Shown here one piece after another: positions 1-11,008 of a stretch of DNA of 64,000 nt. The DNA is from Neoconidiobolus thromboides FSU 785. Taxonomy: Eukaryota; Fungi; Entomophthoromycota. The notes below the pieces were generated by a model. The model was not told where the DNA came from and did no database searches. It worked only from the letters and a program-made list of their open reading frames with translations. The DNA lies in NCBI GenBank assembly GCA_025603075.1, contig MU626337.1, forward strand, positions 1 through 64,000. Direction: 5' to 3'. The translations under genes and the position numbers were made by a program. Within the stretch, counting starts at the first letter, position 1. The number at the start of each line of letters is the position of its first letter.

Positions 1-29
1 TCATTTTTTATTATCATAAAATAAGAACC

Positions 30-1354
30 TTAAAAAATTGGAATATAATGATGAATCTTATCTTTTTGTTGCTGAGAAATACATTCAGCAATCCAAACTA
101 TATTACGTATCTCTTGCTCCTTTAATTTAAAATAAGCATAAAATAAGCCATAGTGGAATTGCTGTAAAAAGGTATCCTTGTTGAGTTCCACTTCATATTC
201 AAAAAATCGATCTTCTAATGTTTTTCCTTCCCCATCATTTACCCCTAATCCAGAATCAAATAAATTACGGTATTCCTAAAATAGTTTGAAATTCAATTAC
301 TGTTATTATTAATATAGATTTCTAATAAACTTACAGCAACAAAATCACAACTACCCTTTACTTGATCAAAATCATCTACTTTAGAAAGCTTAGCACTTCC
401 TTCTGGGAAAAGTCGACCTAAGGAGGGAAATAATTTGGCACGATCATCTTTCGAAAGTTCAGTACCAAAAGAATTGATAGTGATATTGATAGTACGTCTA
501 TCTGCCTCAAACTAAATTGAAAAAAGTATTAAAACTTGAACCTAGAAAAGTTTAATAACTTACTTTTAATATTTCCCCCATAAGCTCAGCTGTCGCACCA
601 CCAATTCCTTGGCAAAACTGATAAAAGTCTTCCAAATACGCTTTGTATAATGTGTTACGAATGATTTCAATATTGAGCTCATCCAAGTCTTGTGCTGATA
701 AGCAGTTACGAAAATAAGGTGCTATAAATTATTCAAAGTTAGTTTATTTTTACTAATAAATAAAGTATTATCTTACCAAGTGGTGTTTCAACTAACACAG
801 TATTATATAATTCTGCTACATTGGTAGCAATACATAGGGCTGGCATAGACTCAAAGACACCAATAGGATGACAGCGCTCAATCAGCTCGTTGGTATCACG
901 TTCATGTAAAGTACCAGTGATTAATAAGATGACGTTGTCAATCATGTAACCGTAACTAAAAAACAAGCAAAGTTAGAGTAAACTAATAACAATAGCTACT
1001 AAAATTACCTAATATAATCTAAGAACTGCAACAAGTCGCCACTAGCTTGAGAACGAATATATTTGTATTCTTCTACTAGTTTTTCAGTACATTTTTCAGA
1101 GATGGTGGATGTGGCTATGGGTGAAGCTTCATTTTGAATTAAAGTACCATAATCTGTGGCTCCTAACTGGACTTTGAGATCTTTTAAATTCAGTATTTTA
1201 ATTTTAATTTTTGTTTCAAATTTACTAGCTTACCTTCTAAATTCTCATATTGAGTTAAATTCATATAGTTGGAGTTGCTGACTATATCCGAACGAAAACT
1301 CCTTGTTATGGCTTCTGAATAACCATCATCAATATTGAACATACAGCCTTCCAT
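30..1354 (-). CDS. VMA6: V-type H+-ATPase V0 subunit d, 6 exons (1354-1234, 1180-1009, 955-777, 721-564, 511-335, 275-30), 350 aa
   Basis: Spliced translation MEG.FNIDDGY..., [78 protein letters not shown]. All introns are GT-AG and the exon sum of 1053 nt is in frame. Confidence 0.96.
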
Positions 1355-2233
1355 TTTCCTTATTTTCTTTTAGTTGAATGTCGTCTTAAAAATACAATGT
1401 TTGAATTTTGACTTCCTCATTTTTAGTTTATTGATCCCACTCTTTTATTTCACTTTTTATTACTTAGCACGAATTTAGTCCACAATAATCTGTGTTACGT
1501 TTTTTTTAAATCGAAAGACTGAAGGGCTTTATGTTTATTAGCTTAAAAAATACAACTAAAAGATAGGATCAAAAAGAGATAAAGTTAGATAGACGATGAT
1601 ATTTACAGAAGTCAAGGAAAGACTTCATTATTTTCTGATTGAAACTTGCCATAAAGGTGGGAATCAATGATTTGATTGTATCTTTTTTGTTGTAAATGAG
1701 TTCAGCAATGGAAAATATGGGTTCAGTATAAACGTGACTCAGGTAACCGGGATAGGGGTTCCGTGAGAATAGGCGAAGTAGGATGAAACATTAGTTTGAT
1801 GTCAGAAGAAGAGCTAAAGAGAAAGACTAAACAAACTACTACTGCACAGGAGGTTTTTTCACAATAAGGTTTATCTTTCATAAGAGGCAAAGGAATGCTA
1901 AGTTGAGTAAGTTGAGGAGATAAGGACTGAAAGAATGAGCTTTAGATGGAGGCCTAAAAGATAGAGGTGAAAGAACATAAGACAAACCTGTGTACAAAAG
2001 TTTCATTCTATGTTAACTATTAAGTTATTTAAAAAATTCACTTCTCATTAAACATCTCATAAGTTTATTAATAAACGAAAAATAAACTGCAGCTTAAAAA
2101 ATATGCTATCTCAAAATTAGATGTGAATTATAAGCATTTTTAAAATCAACGTTTTTAAATAGATTTGTTATTCAAAGGTATCAGTGATCAACAGAAAAAG
2201 AAAATAATTAAAAGGCCTCATATTTATTTATAT

Positions 2234-2914
2234 TCAAAATCTTGATAAGTTCAGGTTGTCCCCAAATAAATAATGGCTCTTCCTTGCAGATTCGATACCA
2301 TTTTTCAATCTAAGCCTACTATTCTGCTTATCCCTTAATTTCTGTTTGGCAATGGAATTAGCTTTCATCAATAACAATCCCATGAACAATCTTTCCAAAA
2401 GAGGGATAAAATCAAAATTGAACTTTACTTTAGCAATTTCGTTTGCATTTAGTTTAATAATTTTGGTACTGAACTCAACCAGTGCTTTATCTTTTGATGA
2501 TGATGTTGAGTTTAAAGCTATAATCTCAGCGCTTTCTTTTGTATCATTTAAAACGTATTCAAATTGGTTGTCATCATGGTCAGTTAATACTAAATTGACT
2601 GTTTTATTCATAGTTACTACCATTGAGTTATAGTTATTATTCTCTTTTTCTTTATAGTTATAGATAGTTAATTTAGGTTCGTTACTCATAATATCTCTTT
2701 TAGTAAAACTTAACAAGTTATCATTATTTACATCCTTTAAGTAATATTCACTACCATTGTTTTGTGTATAAAACTTATATTTAATTTGATTAGTTCCTTC
2801 GTCTTTAGCTACTGAATATTGATCATCTTCCTTATAATAGATTATAAACTTCTTTTTCTTTTTCTTTTTCACTTCTTGGGTTATTTCATTATACTCTGGT
2901 GGTAACGTTGACAT
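2234..2914 (-). CDS. Paralog 1 of a 3-member family, 226 aa. N-terminal PPEY motif and poly-K, then a beta-rich domain with a C-terminal helix (tubby-C/LURP-one/scramblase-like fold suspected)
   Basis: Intronless ORF nearly identical over its first ~160 aa to the ORFs at 5879-6550 and 20199-20867. The fold call is by pattern only. Confidence 0.8.
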   Translation of the reverse strand: MSTLPPEYNEITQEVKKKKKKKFIIYYKEDDQYSVAKDEGTNQIKYKFYTQNNGSEYYLKDVNNDNLLSFTKRDIMSNEPKLTIYNYKEKENNNYNSMVVTMNKTVNLVLTDHDDNQFEYVLNDTKESAEIIALNSTSSSKDKALVEFSTKIIKLNANEIAKVKFNFDFIPLLERLFMGLLLMKANSIAKQKLRDKQNSRLRLKNGIESARKSHYLFGDNLNLSRF

Positions 2915-3591
2915 TTGTTTTAATTTTTTCTATGAAAAATTGTTTGCTTATATATTATTTGATTGCAAGCTATTTTTATTTTGGTAGTGTTTATATCACT
3001 TTATTACAAAATCACGTTTATTTCTATTTAGAATAACAGAAATTTTTCATGAAGAGAATCTTTTTATAATTAGAATCTTCAGATAAAATTTATATTACCA
3101 TTTATTTTTGATAAAAAAAACAGCCTGGAAATTATAACCTCTCTTCTACGTCGTTTATAAGAGTACTTTTAGCTATTTTAATCTAATAAATAATCCTTCT
3201 ACCTTTTTTATCTGATATGTATTAATCCATTATCAACATCTCATCTCTTGAAAATCTTGAGTTTTATCAAAGATAAGGATTACATTACTGATTCATTCAT
3301 TTTGAGATCTTAAACCAGAGCTCTTTTTCAAAATTTTCATCTTAAGCTTAATTGTAAAAAAATACAAAATTGCTTAAAATGAATAACTATATTGCTTCGA
3401 ATTGTTTTGATAGTTTATTATCTGTTATGTAGGGAAACAACTTAAAAACCAAGTCAAATTGTAGCTTTTCCCAATATAGTTTAAACTACACTTCCAAGAG
3501 CCATATACACCTTGTTTACCAAGCTTTTACAAGCTAACCCACAGCATTATATGGACAATTCAACCAAATAACTTAACAAAGTGTTACATAT

Positions 3592-3688
3592 GTGTATTTT
3601 TTTTGGTTTCATTACTTTTTTCATTTTTTAAGCGCTATTTGAGTGGAAAGATTTTTAGTAAAATTCTTAAATACAAAAGTACACCTCC
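3592..3688 (-). mobile_element. MITE copy (reverse orientation), back-to-back with the next copy
   Basis: Core ttaagcgctatttgagtggaa. TSD ATAT at 3588-91 and 3689-92. Confidence 0.85.
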
Positions 3689-3692
3689 ATAT

Positions 3693-3791
3693 GGGGATGT
3701 ATTTTTGTGTTTAAGAATTTTGTTAGCAAATTTTCCGCTTAGATAGCGCTTAAAAAATGGAAGAAATAATGAAGTTAAAAAAGACACTCCT
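3693..3791 (+). mobile_element. MITE copy
   Basis: GGGGATGTATTTTTG...ATAGCGCTTAAAAAATGGAA...CACTCCT. TSD ATAT at 3689-92 and 3792-95. Confidence 0.9.
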
Positions 3792-4529
3792 ATATGTTAT
3801 TAAGAAAATAACCTTCTAAGAAAAATTATTTTGAAAAAAAAATTCAGAGTATCTTAATATAACTTCAACATTTTTTCAAATAAAAGTAGCTCTTCTGATG
3901 AACTTTTTTTAATAGCATGTGTTACATGTTAAGCCATCTGGTTCAATTGTTTATATAATGGTATATATTAAAAAAAGTAGTTATTTTTATAGCACTTAAT
4001 TATAACTTTTCCAGTAAACCGAAATCGAAAAACAATTTCTACTTTAAACTAAATATAAAGGATATTTTCTATTTACTTTCTGGCTTTTTTACTGCTTTCC
4101 AATTTTGGATCAGCTTATCTTTTAGACCTTTGGAGCCTAAATAGCTAGGTTGATCCATTTTGTTTGAATATAGCTGTTGCAGCTCTTTTGCGGGTTAACA
4201 ACCCATTCAAGAAAAAATACAAGGTAAAAATTAGCCAAATACTTTGTTCAAATTTAAAAGAATTCACTGTAATTAATCCTTATAAAAACTATCACTAAAA
4301 AATTACAAAAGAATCGCTACAGTTGTATTTAGAAATTCAAAATATTTCAAATCTAAATTGATTTTGTTTAGATAATATGCTTTGAATTTAAGTATAAATA
4401 AGTGCTTTTCGGTTGCTATAATGTAAAGCTTATTTGGATAATTCATTATATGCCTAGTTTTTATATTCAAATTGTCAATAAATTGATCATACCTTATATC
4501 CATTATTGCTACATACGATGCCCTTAAAT

Positions 4530-5388
4530 CGTAGCACAACTCTTTGTACTGAAGCTAAAATTCGATTTCTCAATTTAAGAACGTATAGGCTAGTACAATA
4601 AGCGGTAAAAGTAGCCAAAATTACCTTAAATCCAGGATACTCTACATTGGTATGGCTTGGATTTGTCAAAATGAAAAAGAGGTATAGGAAGTTATTATGG
4701 AAACAAATGGCCTCAAGAAAAAACTTTTATCGTTCCAAAGCTTTGGAATCTTTTATTATTGTGACCATGTTGCTAAATCTTTTAATAAAAGTTTAGATGA
4801 GCTCCGATTTAATTATGTGGGTCTATACCTTATTCATTGGCCTTATTCTCAAGCAGATGGCGAAGGCCTTTTACTCAAAAATCCGGATGGTATCCTTAAA
4901 ACTCAAGAAGGGTATACTATTTATAATAGATAGGGAGAGCTTAGAAAACTAGTAAAAGTGGGAAAATTAAGAATATTAGATTACCAAATTTTGATATTGA
5001 TGGTACCAAACAAATATTAGCAAAAGCTAAAATCCGACCTGCTGTTCTTTAAGTTGTACTTCATCTTTATCTTCCTCAATACGAGTTGGTTGAACTCTAT
5101 AAAAATGAAGATATTTACATAATTGCTTATCCACTACTTGAATCAAAGCTTATCTCAAAAATCTGTGAGGATAAAATGATTAGTGATATTGTAAATCGAC
5201 TGAGAAAAACTACGGTTCAAGTTATTTTAGCTTGGGAGTAACAACATAGTATAATTGTAATTCAAAAAACCACAAATGAAGATTTTATTAAAGCTAACTT
5301 CGAGGGTATAGAGCTTTCTAAAAAAGATTTGGACACAATATTAAACTTTGAAATTCATCATCGGATTACCGATTTAAAATTTTTTTAA
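4530..5388 (+). pseudogene. Aldo-keto reductase pseudogene
   Basis: Broken frames give AKR motifs: MAWICQNEKEV*, SLDELRFNYVGLYLIHWP, *GELRKLVKVGK, RPAVL*VVLHLYLPQ, QVILAWE*QHSIIVIQK. Several stops and frameshifts. Confidence 0.88.
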
Positions 5389-5878
5389 AGCTCTCTAAAT
5401 TTTAAATATTCAAGATATGAAGTTGTGGTATTTAGATAACAGTAATATGAATAGTAGCTTAACTTTTCTATAAAAATTATAATATCAAATGGTATAGAAA
5501 ATGGTATGGCATAAAAATTTTATATGAATAATATAATATTTAAATATAAACTATAGGATTAAACTTGAAAGTGGCGACATAACGATTCAGTATATTTATT
5601 ATGATGTTTAAAGATGTATGAAATAAATTTATATCTAAGTGAACCAAAAACTTGGCTTTATTATAGCTTTGCTACAGTGGGATATTTAGGACTATTTATT
5701 ATATTATTTACTTAGTATAAATTATAAAAAAAATAAACTATGAAAACTTATGGTCTAAATAAACTACTTAAATTTTTTAAAATAACACAAGCTTTCATAC
5801 AAAAATAAAAGTAGATTAAATATCAATAATAGCTTTTATATTAAAATACTCAAAACAATTATTTAAAAATACTAATTA

Positions 5879-6550
5879 CTAAAATGGCGAACGATGTGTG
5901 TAGCATTTACTACCATCAAACAAATGGTCTATAACTTTATCAAAAGTGATACTTGGTTTATAATTTTGCTTATCCTTCAATTTCTGTTTAATAATGGAGT
6001 TAGCTCTAATGAATAACAAACCCATAAACAAACGCTCTAAAAGTGGAATAGAATTAAAGTTGAACTTTACTTTAGCAATTTTATTCTCATTTAGTGTCAG
6101 AATTTTAGTACTGAACTCAACCAGTGCTTTATCTTTTGATGATGATGTTGAGTTTAAAGCTATAATCTCAGCGCTTTCTTTTGTATCATTTAAAACGTAT
6201 TCAAATTGGTTGTCATCATGGTCAGTTAATACTAAATTGACTGTTTTATTCATAGTTACTACCATTGAGTTATAGTTATTATTCTCTTTTTCTTTATAGT
6301 TATAGATAGTTAATTTAGGTTCGTTACTCATAATATCTCTTTTAGTAAAACTTAACAAGTTATCATTATTTACATCCTTTAAGTAATATTCACTACCATT
6401 GTTTTGTGTATAAAACTTATATTTAATTTGATTAGTTCCTTCGTCTTTAGCTACTAAATATTGACCATCTTCCTTATAATAGATTATAAACTTCTTTTTC
6501 TTTTTCACTTCTTGGGTTATTTCATTATACTCTGGTGGTAACGTTGACAT
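5879..6550 (-). CDS. Paralog 2 of the PPEY/tubby-LURP-like family, 223 aa
   Basis: Identical to paralog 1 over about 348 nt, with shared upstream sequence and a different C-terminal tail. Confidence 0.8.
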   Translation of the reverse strand: MSTLPPEYNEITQEVKKKKKFIIYYKEDGQYLVAKDEGTNQIKYKFYTQNNGSEYYLKDVNNDNLLSFTKRDIMSNEPKLTIYNYKEKENNNYNSMVVTMNKTVNLVLTDHDDNQFEYVLNDTKESAEIIALNSTSSSKDKALVEFSTKILTLNENKIAKVKFNFNSIPLLERLFMGLLFIRANSIIKQKLKDKQNYKPSITFDKVIDHLFDGSKCYTHRSPF

Positions 6551-7495
6551 TTGTTTTAATTTTTTCTATGAAAAATTGTTTGCTTATATATTATTTGATT
6601 GCAAGCTATTTTTATTTTATCAAAATGTTTGTATCACTTTGCTACAAAAATCACACTACTATTTATATGTTTGGCCGCCTTTATAAATAGGACATGAACA
6701 AATTTATATTGTGTTCATTAAATTTTGTTCAAATAAAGATTTTATACACAATCTCTAACCTAATTTTACCGGTTTGAAAGTATAACTGGTCATTTCTTTA
6801 GAAACTTAATAATAGCACTTATGTTACTTTAAAGTGTACTTTGAACTAAAAGTGGTTAAAAGTACAAAATTGCTTGAGATGAATAATCAAATGATTCCAA
6901 ACCAACTTGATAAATTGCTATTATTCTTTCTTTTATTTTTAAATTTTGATATCATTGAGTTTTAAAATAGATAAAGCTATCTATCATATTACTTTTAACT
7001 ACTTATTAAGATACTACTGTTTTTTGTCTCAAGATCAAAACATTGAATCAAATCTAAAAGATGAATACGCTTCTTCTAACTTAGATCATCAATGTAGCTA
7101 GTATTAGATGGGATAACCGTTTCGAGAAACAGAAAAACTTATTTATTACTGGTTAAAATAAATATATGCACCCTTCGCCTAGAAAAGGGATAAAAAATTC
7201 CTATAGATTCTTTAAATACTTTATTACTACAAAGCTCAGACTCAAAGTATGTTATAATTCCTTGTAAAAATTCCCTCCCTATCATAAAAATATAATTACT
7301 TTAACATTTTACTCCCAAACGGCCAACATTAAGCTAATCGTTTATTTTAGGTATTGACTCCATTCTGCTTTTATTGCTTCCACTTATACTAATTTAATGC
7401 CTAAATTTAAAAGGATGATTTATACCCTGTCTTTCAAAAGCTGTAAAATGCCTATTTATGTATTATTTAAATTCATTTCAAACACTTCTGCATTT

Positions 7496-7593
7496 GAGGA
7501 TGTATTTTTTTGTTTAAGAATTTTACTAATAATCTTTCCATTCAAATAGCGCTTAAAAAACAAAAAAGTAACGAAACCAAAAAAAGCATCCCC
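7496..7593 (+). mobile_element. MITE copy
   Basis: GAGGATGTATTTT...GCATCCCC. TSD ATTT on both sides. Confidence 0.9.
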
Positions 7594-8291
7594 ATTTCAT
7601 TAAATCCTCACTCAAACTTAACTTTAGTGTTATTTCTAGGATTTAAAAGTGTTAACAAGGAATATTGTTATAGATTTGCAAGGGTTTTTTCTACCAATCA
7701 ACTAGTCACCTTTTTTAATTCATTAATGGCTCTACTCTATAAATAAAGTACAAAGTACTGGTCTTTAAATTTAAATACAAGTTATTTAATAAACTAAAAA
7801 TAACTGACAGTTATATTATATTTTAATAATAACCCTCACATATTTACACAACATGATAAATCTAAACATTCATAAAAAACAAAGATACGACGCTATGATA
7901 TTAAAATGTTAACAATTTAAACAACACATAGCTGAAAGTTATGACTTGTTAAAAAGTTACCATATAAAAGTTTAGTTAATAGCGGGAAATATATAGGGGT
8001 TATATAATATGAAATTTAATGACATATAGAGTATAATTTCATTTAATTAGATAAAGGAATCAAGTATGTACTAAAATTTGTATTAGAGCTTATACTTACT
8101 ATTGCTTTATTCCAATGAAATACATAGTACTAGTTACTATATATTTATTATGTCAAAAATTTCAAGTTAAATAGTTAGAATTGTTTCTATACTACATAAA
8201 AATTTTATACTAAAATAAAAAACAGCTTAGCGTCAATGATAATTCAAACTCTAGCATCGCTAAAAATTTAAAATAAAAATTTAAAATATAT

Positions 8292-8387
8292 TGGATATGT
8301 TTTTTGGTTTCATTACTTTTTCCATTTTTAAGCCCTATTTGAGTGGAAAATTGTTAGGGAAATTGTTAGGGAAAAAAATGCATCCCC
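8292..8387 (-). mobile_element. MITE copy with an internal 12-bp tandem duplication (aattgttaggga x2)
   Basis: TSD ATAT at 8288-91 and 8388-91. Confidence 0.85.
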
Positions 8388-8399
8388 ATATCTTAATAT

Positions 8400-8863
8400 T
8401 ATGAAATCTGGTACTCAGTGTTTTGAGCCAAAAACAGCTATTGCCCAGTTAACTATACTGTAAGTTGAAAGGCCTTAGTTTATGTGACTAATATATATTT
8501 GAATTATGAAGAATAGCACATAATATGTTACAGACTATGTAAAACAAATAGAATAGACAATACTAATTTAAAATCTACGTAGAGTACTATTAAGAAAATT
8601 TAGTGATTTTATTAGATGTATGAGATATCAAGGAATAATTCAACTAAAAACCCTCGAGCTACCATGTTCTAAGATCTCTTTTATACTCTGACAAATGTAA
8701 GTATCAAAGGGAGAAGATAATATTCTCTGGGATGAAGCTAGGAATTCCCTTAGCAAATCAAACTAAAAGCCTGGGATTGGTTGTCTCTAAACTCGAGAAC
8801 ACAACAACTTAAGTGATTGTTATGCTATAATCAACCATGGAGCTGACAAAGCGATATTTCACA
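8400..8863 (-). mobile_element. Solo LTR (464 bp), same family as 57804-58267
   Basis: The reverse complement aligns along its whole length with 57804-58267. Ends TGTGAAAT...ATTTCATA (CA>TA). TSD ATAT at 8396-99 and 8864-67. Confidence 0.88.
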
Positions 8864-9107
8864 ATATCTATATTAAATAATTATAATATAGAATTATAAC
8901 TGTTATTATATTTTTTAAATCTAATGTTCCAGTGTAAAATATAAAAAACTTTTTAATACAATATGACCAATTAAGAGACTGATAAAGTATTATTTTATAT
9001 GAGATTAAAATATAAAAATAACATTTTTTACAGTTAAAAAATAAGAATTATTATAATAGATTTAAATAAAAAAGCTTTGAAATAGCCATATATAAGCTTA
9101 AATATAT

Positions 9108-9973
9108 AGGGCTGTCCTAATTGGTTTCAGAATTTACTTAGAAATTAATCCAAATTTAAAATTTTTAAATTTGTGTCTAATATGATGGTTAAATCTAAAA
9201 AGCTTAAAGTTAAATGTCTCTATTTAAAACTTATTTTAATTGTTTCCTTTTCTTAAATAGCTAATTTTCCTAACTATATATTTTATGTTAGTTCTGTTAG
9301 ATATTTAACAGATATATAATATATAACTATATGATTATATAATTATATAAATACATAATTATATAAACACAGTTATTTGACTTTATTTGACTTTATTTTT
9401 TGTTGAAATAAAAATAAAATGCAAACTTTCATAACTAAACTTCGAAATGGAATTTTTGAAAATTTCAATATAATAGGAAGGAGTACACAATATAAACATT
9501 GTAATTCGTTTACATCAATTTTAAAAGCTACTTATAACAACCCAAGGTTCATGGAATTTTATAATAAAACAAAACAAAGAAAAGATATATTATCAAAGTT
9601 TACTATCGATAATAATAAACTTAATCAAGCAGTGTATAAAACTAGTGCTTTGAGGGAAACAGGAAACAAAAATCAACAAGTAGCGTTATTATCAACTATA
9701 GCTTCAGTATATTCTTTTGATGAATGCAAGAGTTTTGGGTTTAATATAAACACAAATTAATATGATTATTCAAAAATAAGTAATAATAATAAAATATCAA
9801 TATTACAACCTATTATTAAAAATACAAAAAAAATTAAAGATGACCAAATCGAAAGTATTATACAATATTTACTAAATGATTCAACTATTTCATCAGTATT
9901 TAATATAAAAATAATGATAGTAAATATTCATCAGATAATATATATATTAAATAAAAGTAGAAGAATGATATAT
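9108..9973 (+). mobile_element. Decayed DNA transposon, 5' part: terminus plus N-terminal transposase-like frame (9419 onward, internal stop at 9758-60). 3' boundary unresolved
   Basis: ATAT|AGGGCTGTCCTAATTGGTTTCA terminus. The frame continues past the stop to ...YILNKSRRMIY, and about 30 nt (tatattaaataaaagtagaagaatgatata) match the minus-strand relic near 18700. Confidence 0.65.
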
Positions 9974-10069
9974 GGCGATGTTTTTTTTGATTTCATTATT
10001 TTTCCATTTTTTAAGCGCTATTTAAGCAGAAAATTTGTTAGTAAATCCTTAATACAAAAACACATCCCC
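9974..10069 (-). mobile_element. MITE copy inserted in the 9.1-kb transposase relic
   Basis: GGCGATGTTTT...CACATCCCC. Flanks ATAT and CTAT. Confidence 0.85.
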
Positions 10070-10911
10070 CTATAATTATTGTAATTAATCTAAATGATTA
10101 TTATAATACAATTAGTTACTAAATTGATGAAATAATATAAAATATTATATTAAAAATAACACAAAATAAGTTACATTTACACCCTGTAAAAACATGTTAA
10201 GAAAATATTAAAAAGTGTTTGAAATATTTAGAATGTGTTAATGATTCTTATTATAGTACTAATATCAAACATATAAAAAAAAGTTAGTGAAAAAGATTAT
10301 GGATTCACATATCAAATAACTTATTATATCTTAATTATAAATAGACAGTTGTATAACAAAGGAATAGTAGATGTAATATGTCTTCATTATGAAGGTTATT
10401 TAATTGATATAAAAAGCATTAAAATTTAATGCAAACTTGATAATATATAGGGTTTATTTTTGGTGACAATTACTTTCCAACTATTTTCCAAGTGGTTTAC
10501 AATGAATACAAAATAGTATATATGTTTGTGAACATTAATAACATTAAAAAAACAATTTATATTGTAAAAATTATCATTGCCTAAAAATTGTTTTTTTAAT
10601 GGTATTTTTTAGTTGATTGTTATTTCATAAAGTTGTTGAAAGTATCAATACTTTAATACTAGTTTTATAATGATTTTCTAACTTGTAATTAGCCTAATTT
10701 ACAATAAATTAATTCTCGTATTTAGAGCAGAATAATCAAGTTATATACTTCAAATTAAAAATGTCACTAATAATAGCGAACTTTATCTTACTTGTTTTGA
10801 GTTAAATTTATAACTTTATCTTCAACTTTATTTATTTAGAGAAATAAAGATATATATCAATATCGATTTTTCTTACTATTAATTTTAAAAAAGCTCACGA
10901 TATAAATTAGC

Positions 10912-10960
10912 AAAATAATAAAATAAAATAATAAAATAATAAAATAATAAAATAAATAAA
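10912..10960. repeat. (AAAATAAT)n / (AAAAT)n simple repeat downstream of Dicer
   Basis: Read directly from the sequence. Confidence 0.8.
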
Positions 10961-11008
10961 AACTAAACAGTATACTATAACAATTTAAAAAATAACTAAA
11001 CTATTTCA

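Noticed and set aside
1580-2000. GC-elevated segment upstream of VMA6 with short open frames
   Set aside because: No ATG-initiated ORF or recognisable motif. It may be a decayed retroelement but I cannot support a call.
10449-10500. Terminus-like string ATAT|AGGGTTTATTTTTGGTGACAATTACTTTCC
   Set aside because: Too degenerate and points the wrong way to close the 9.1-kb relic.
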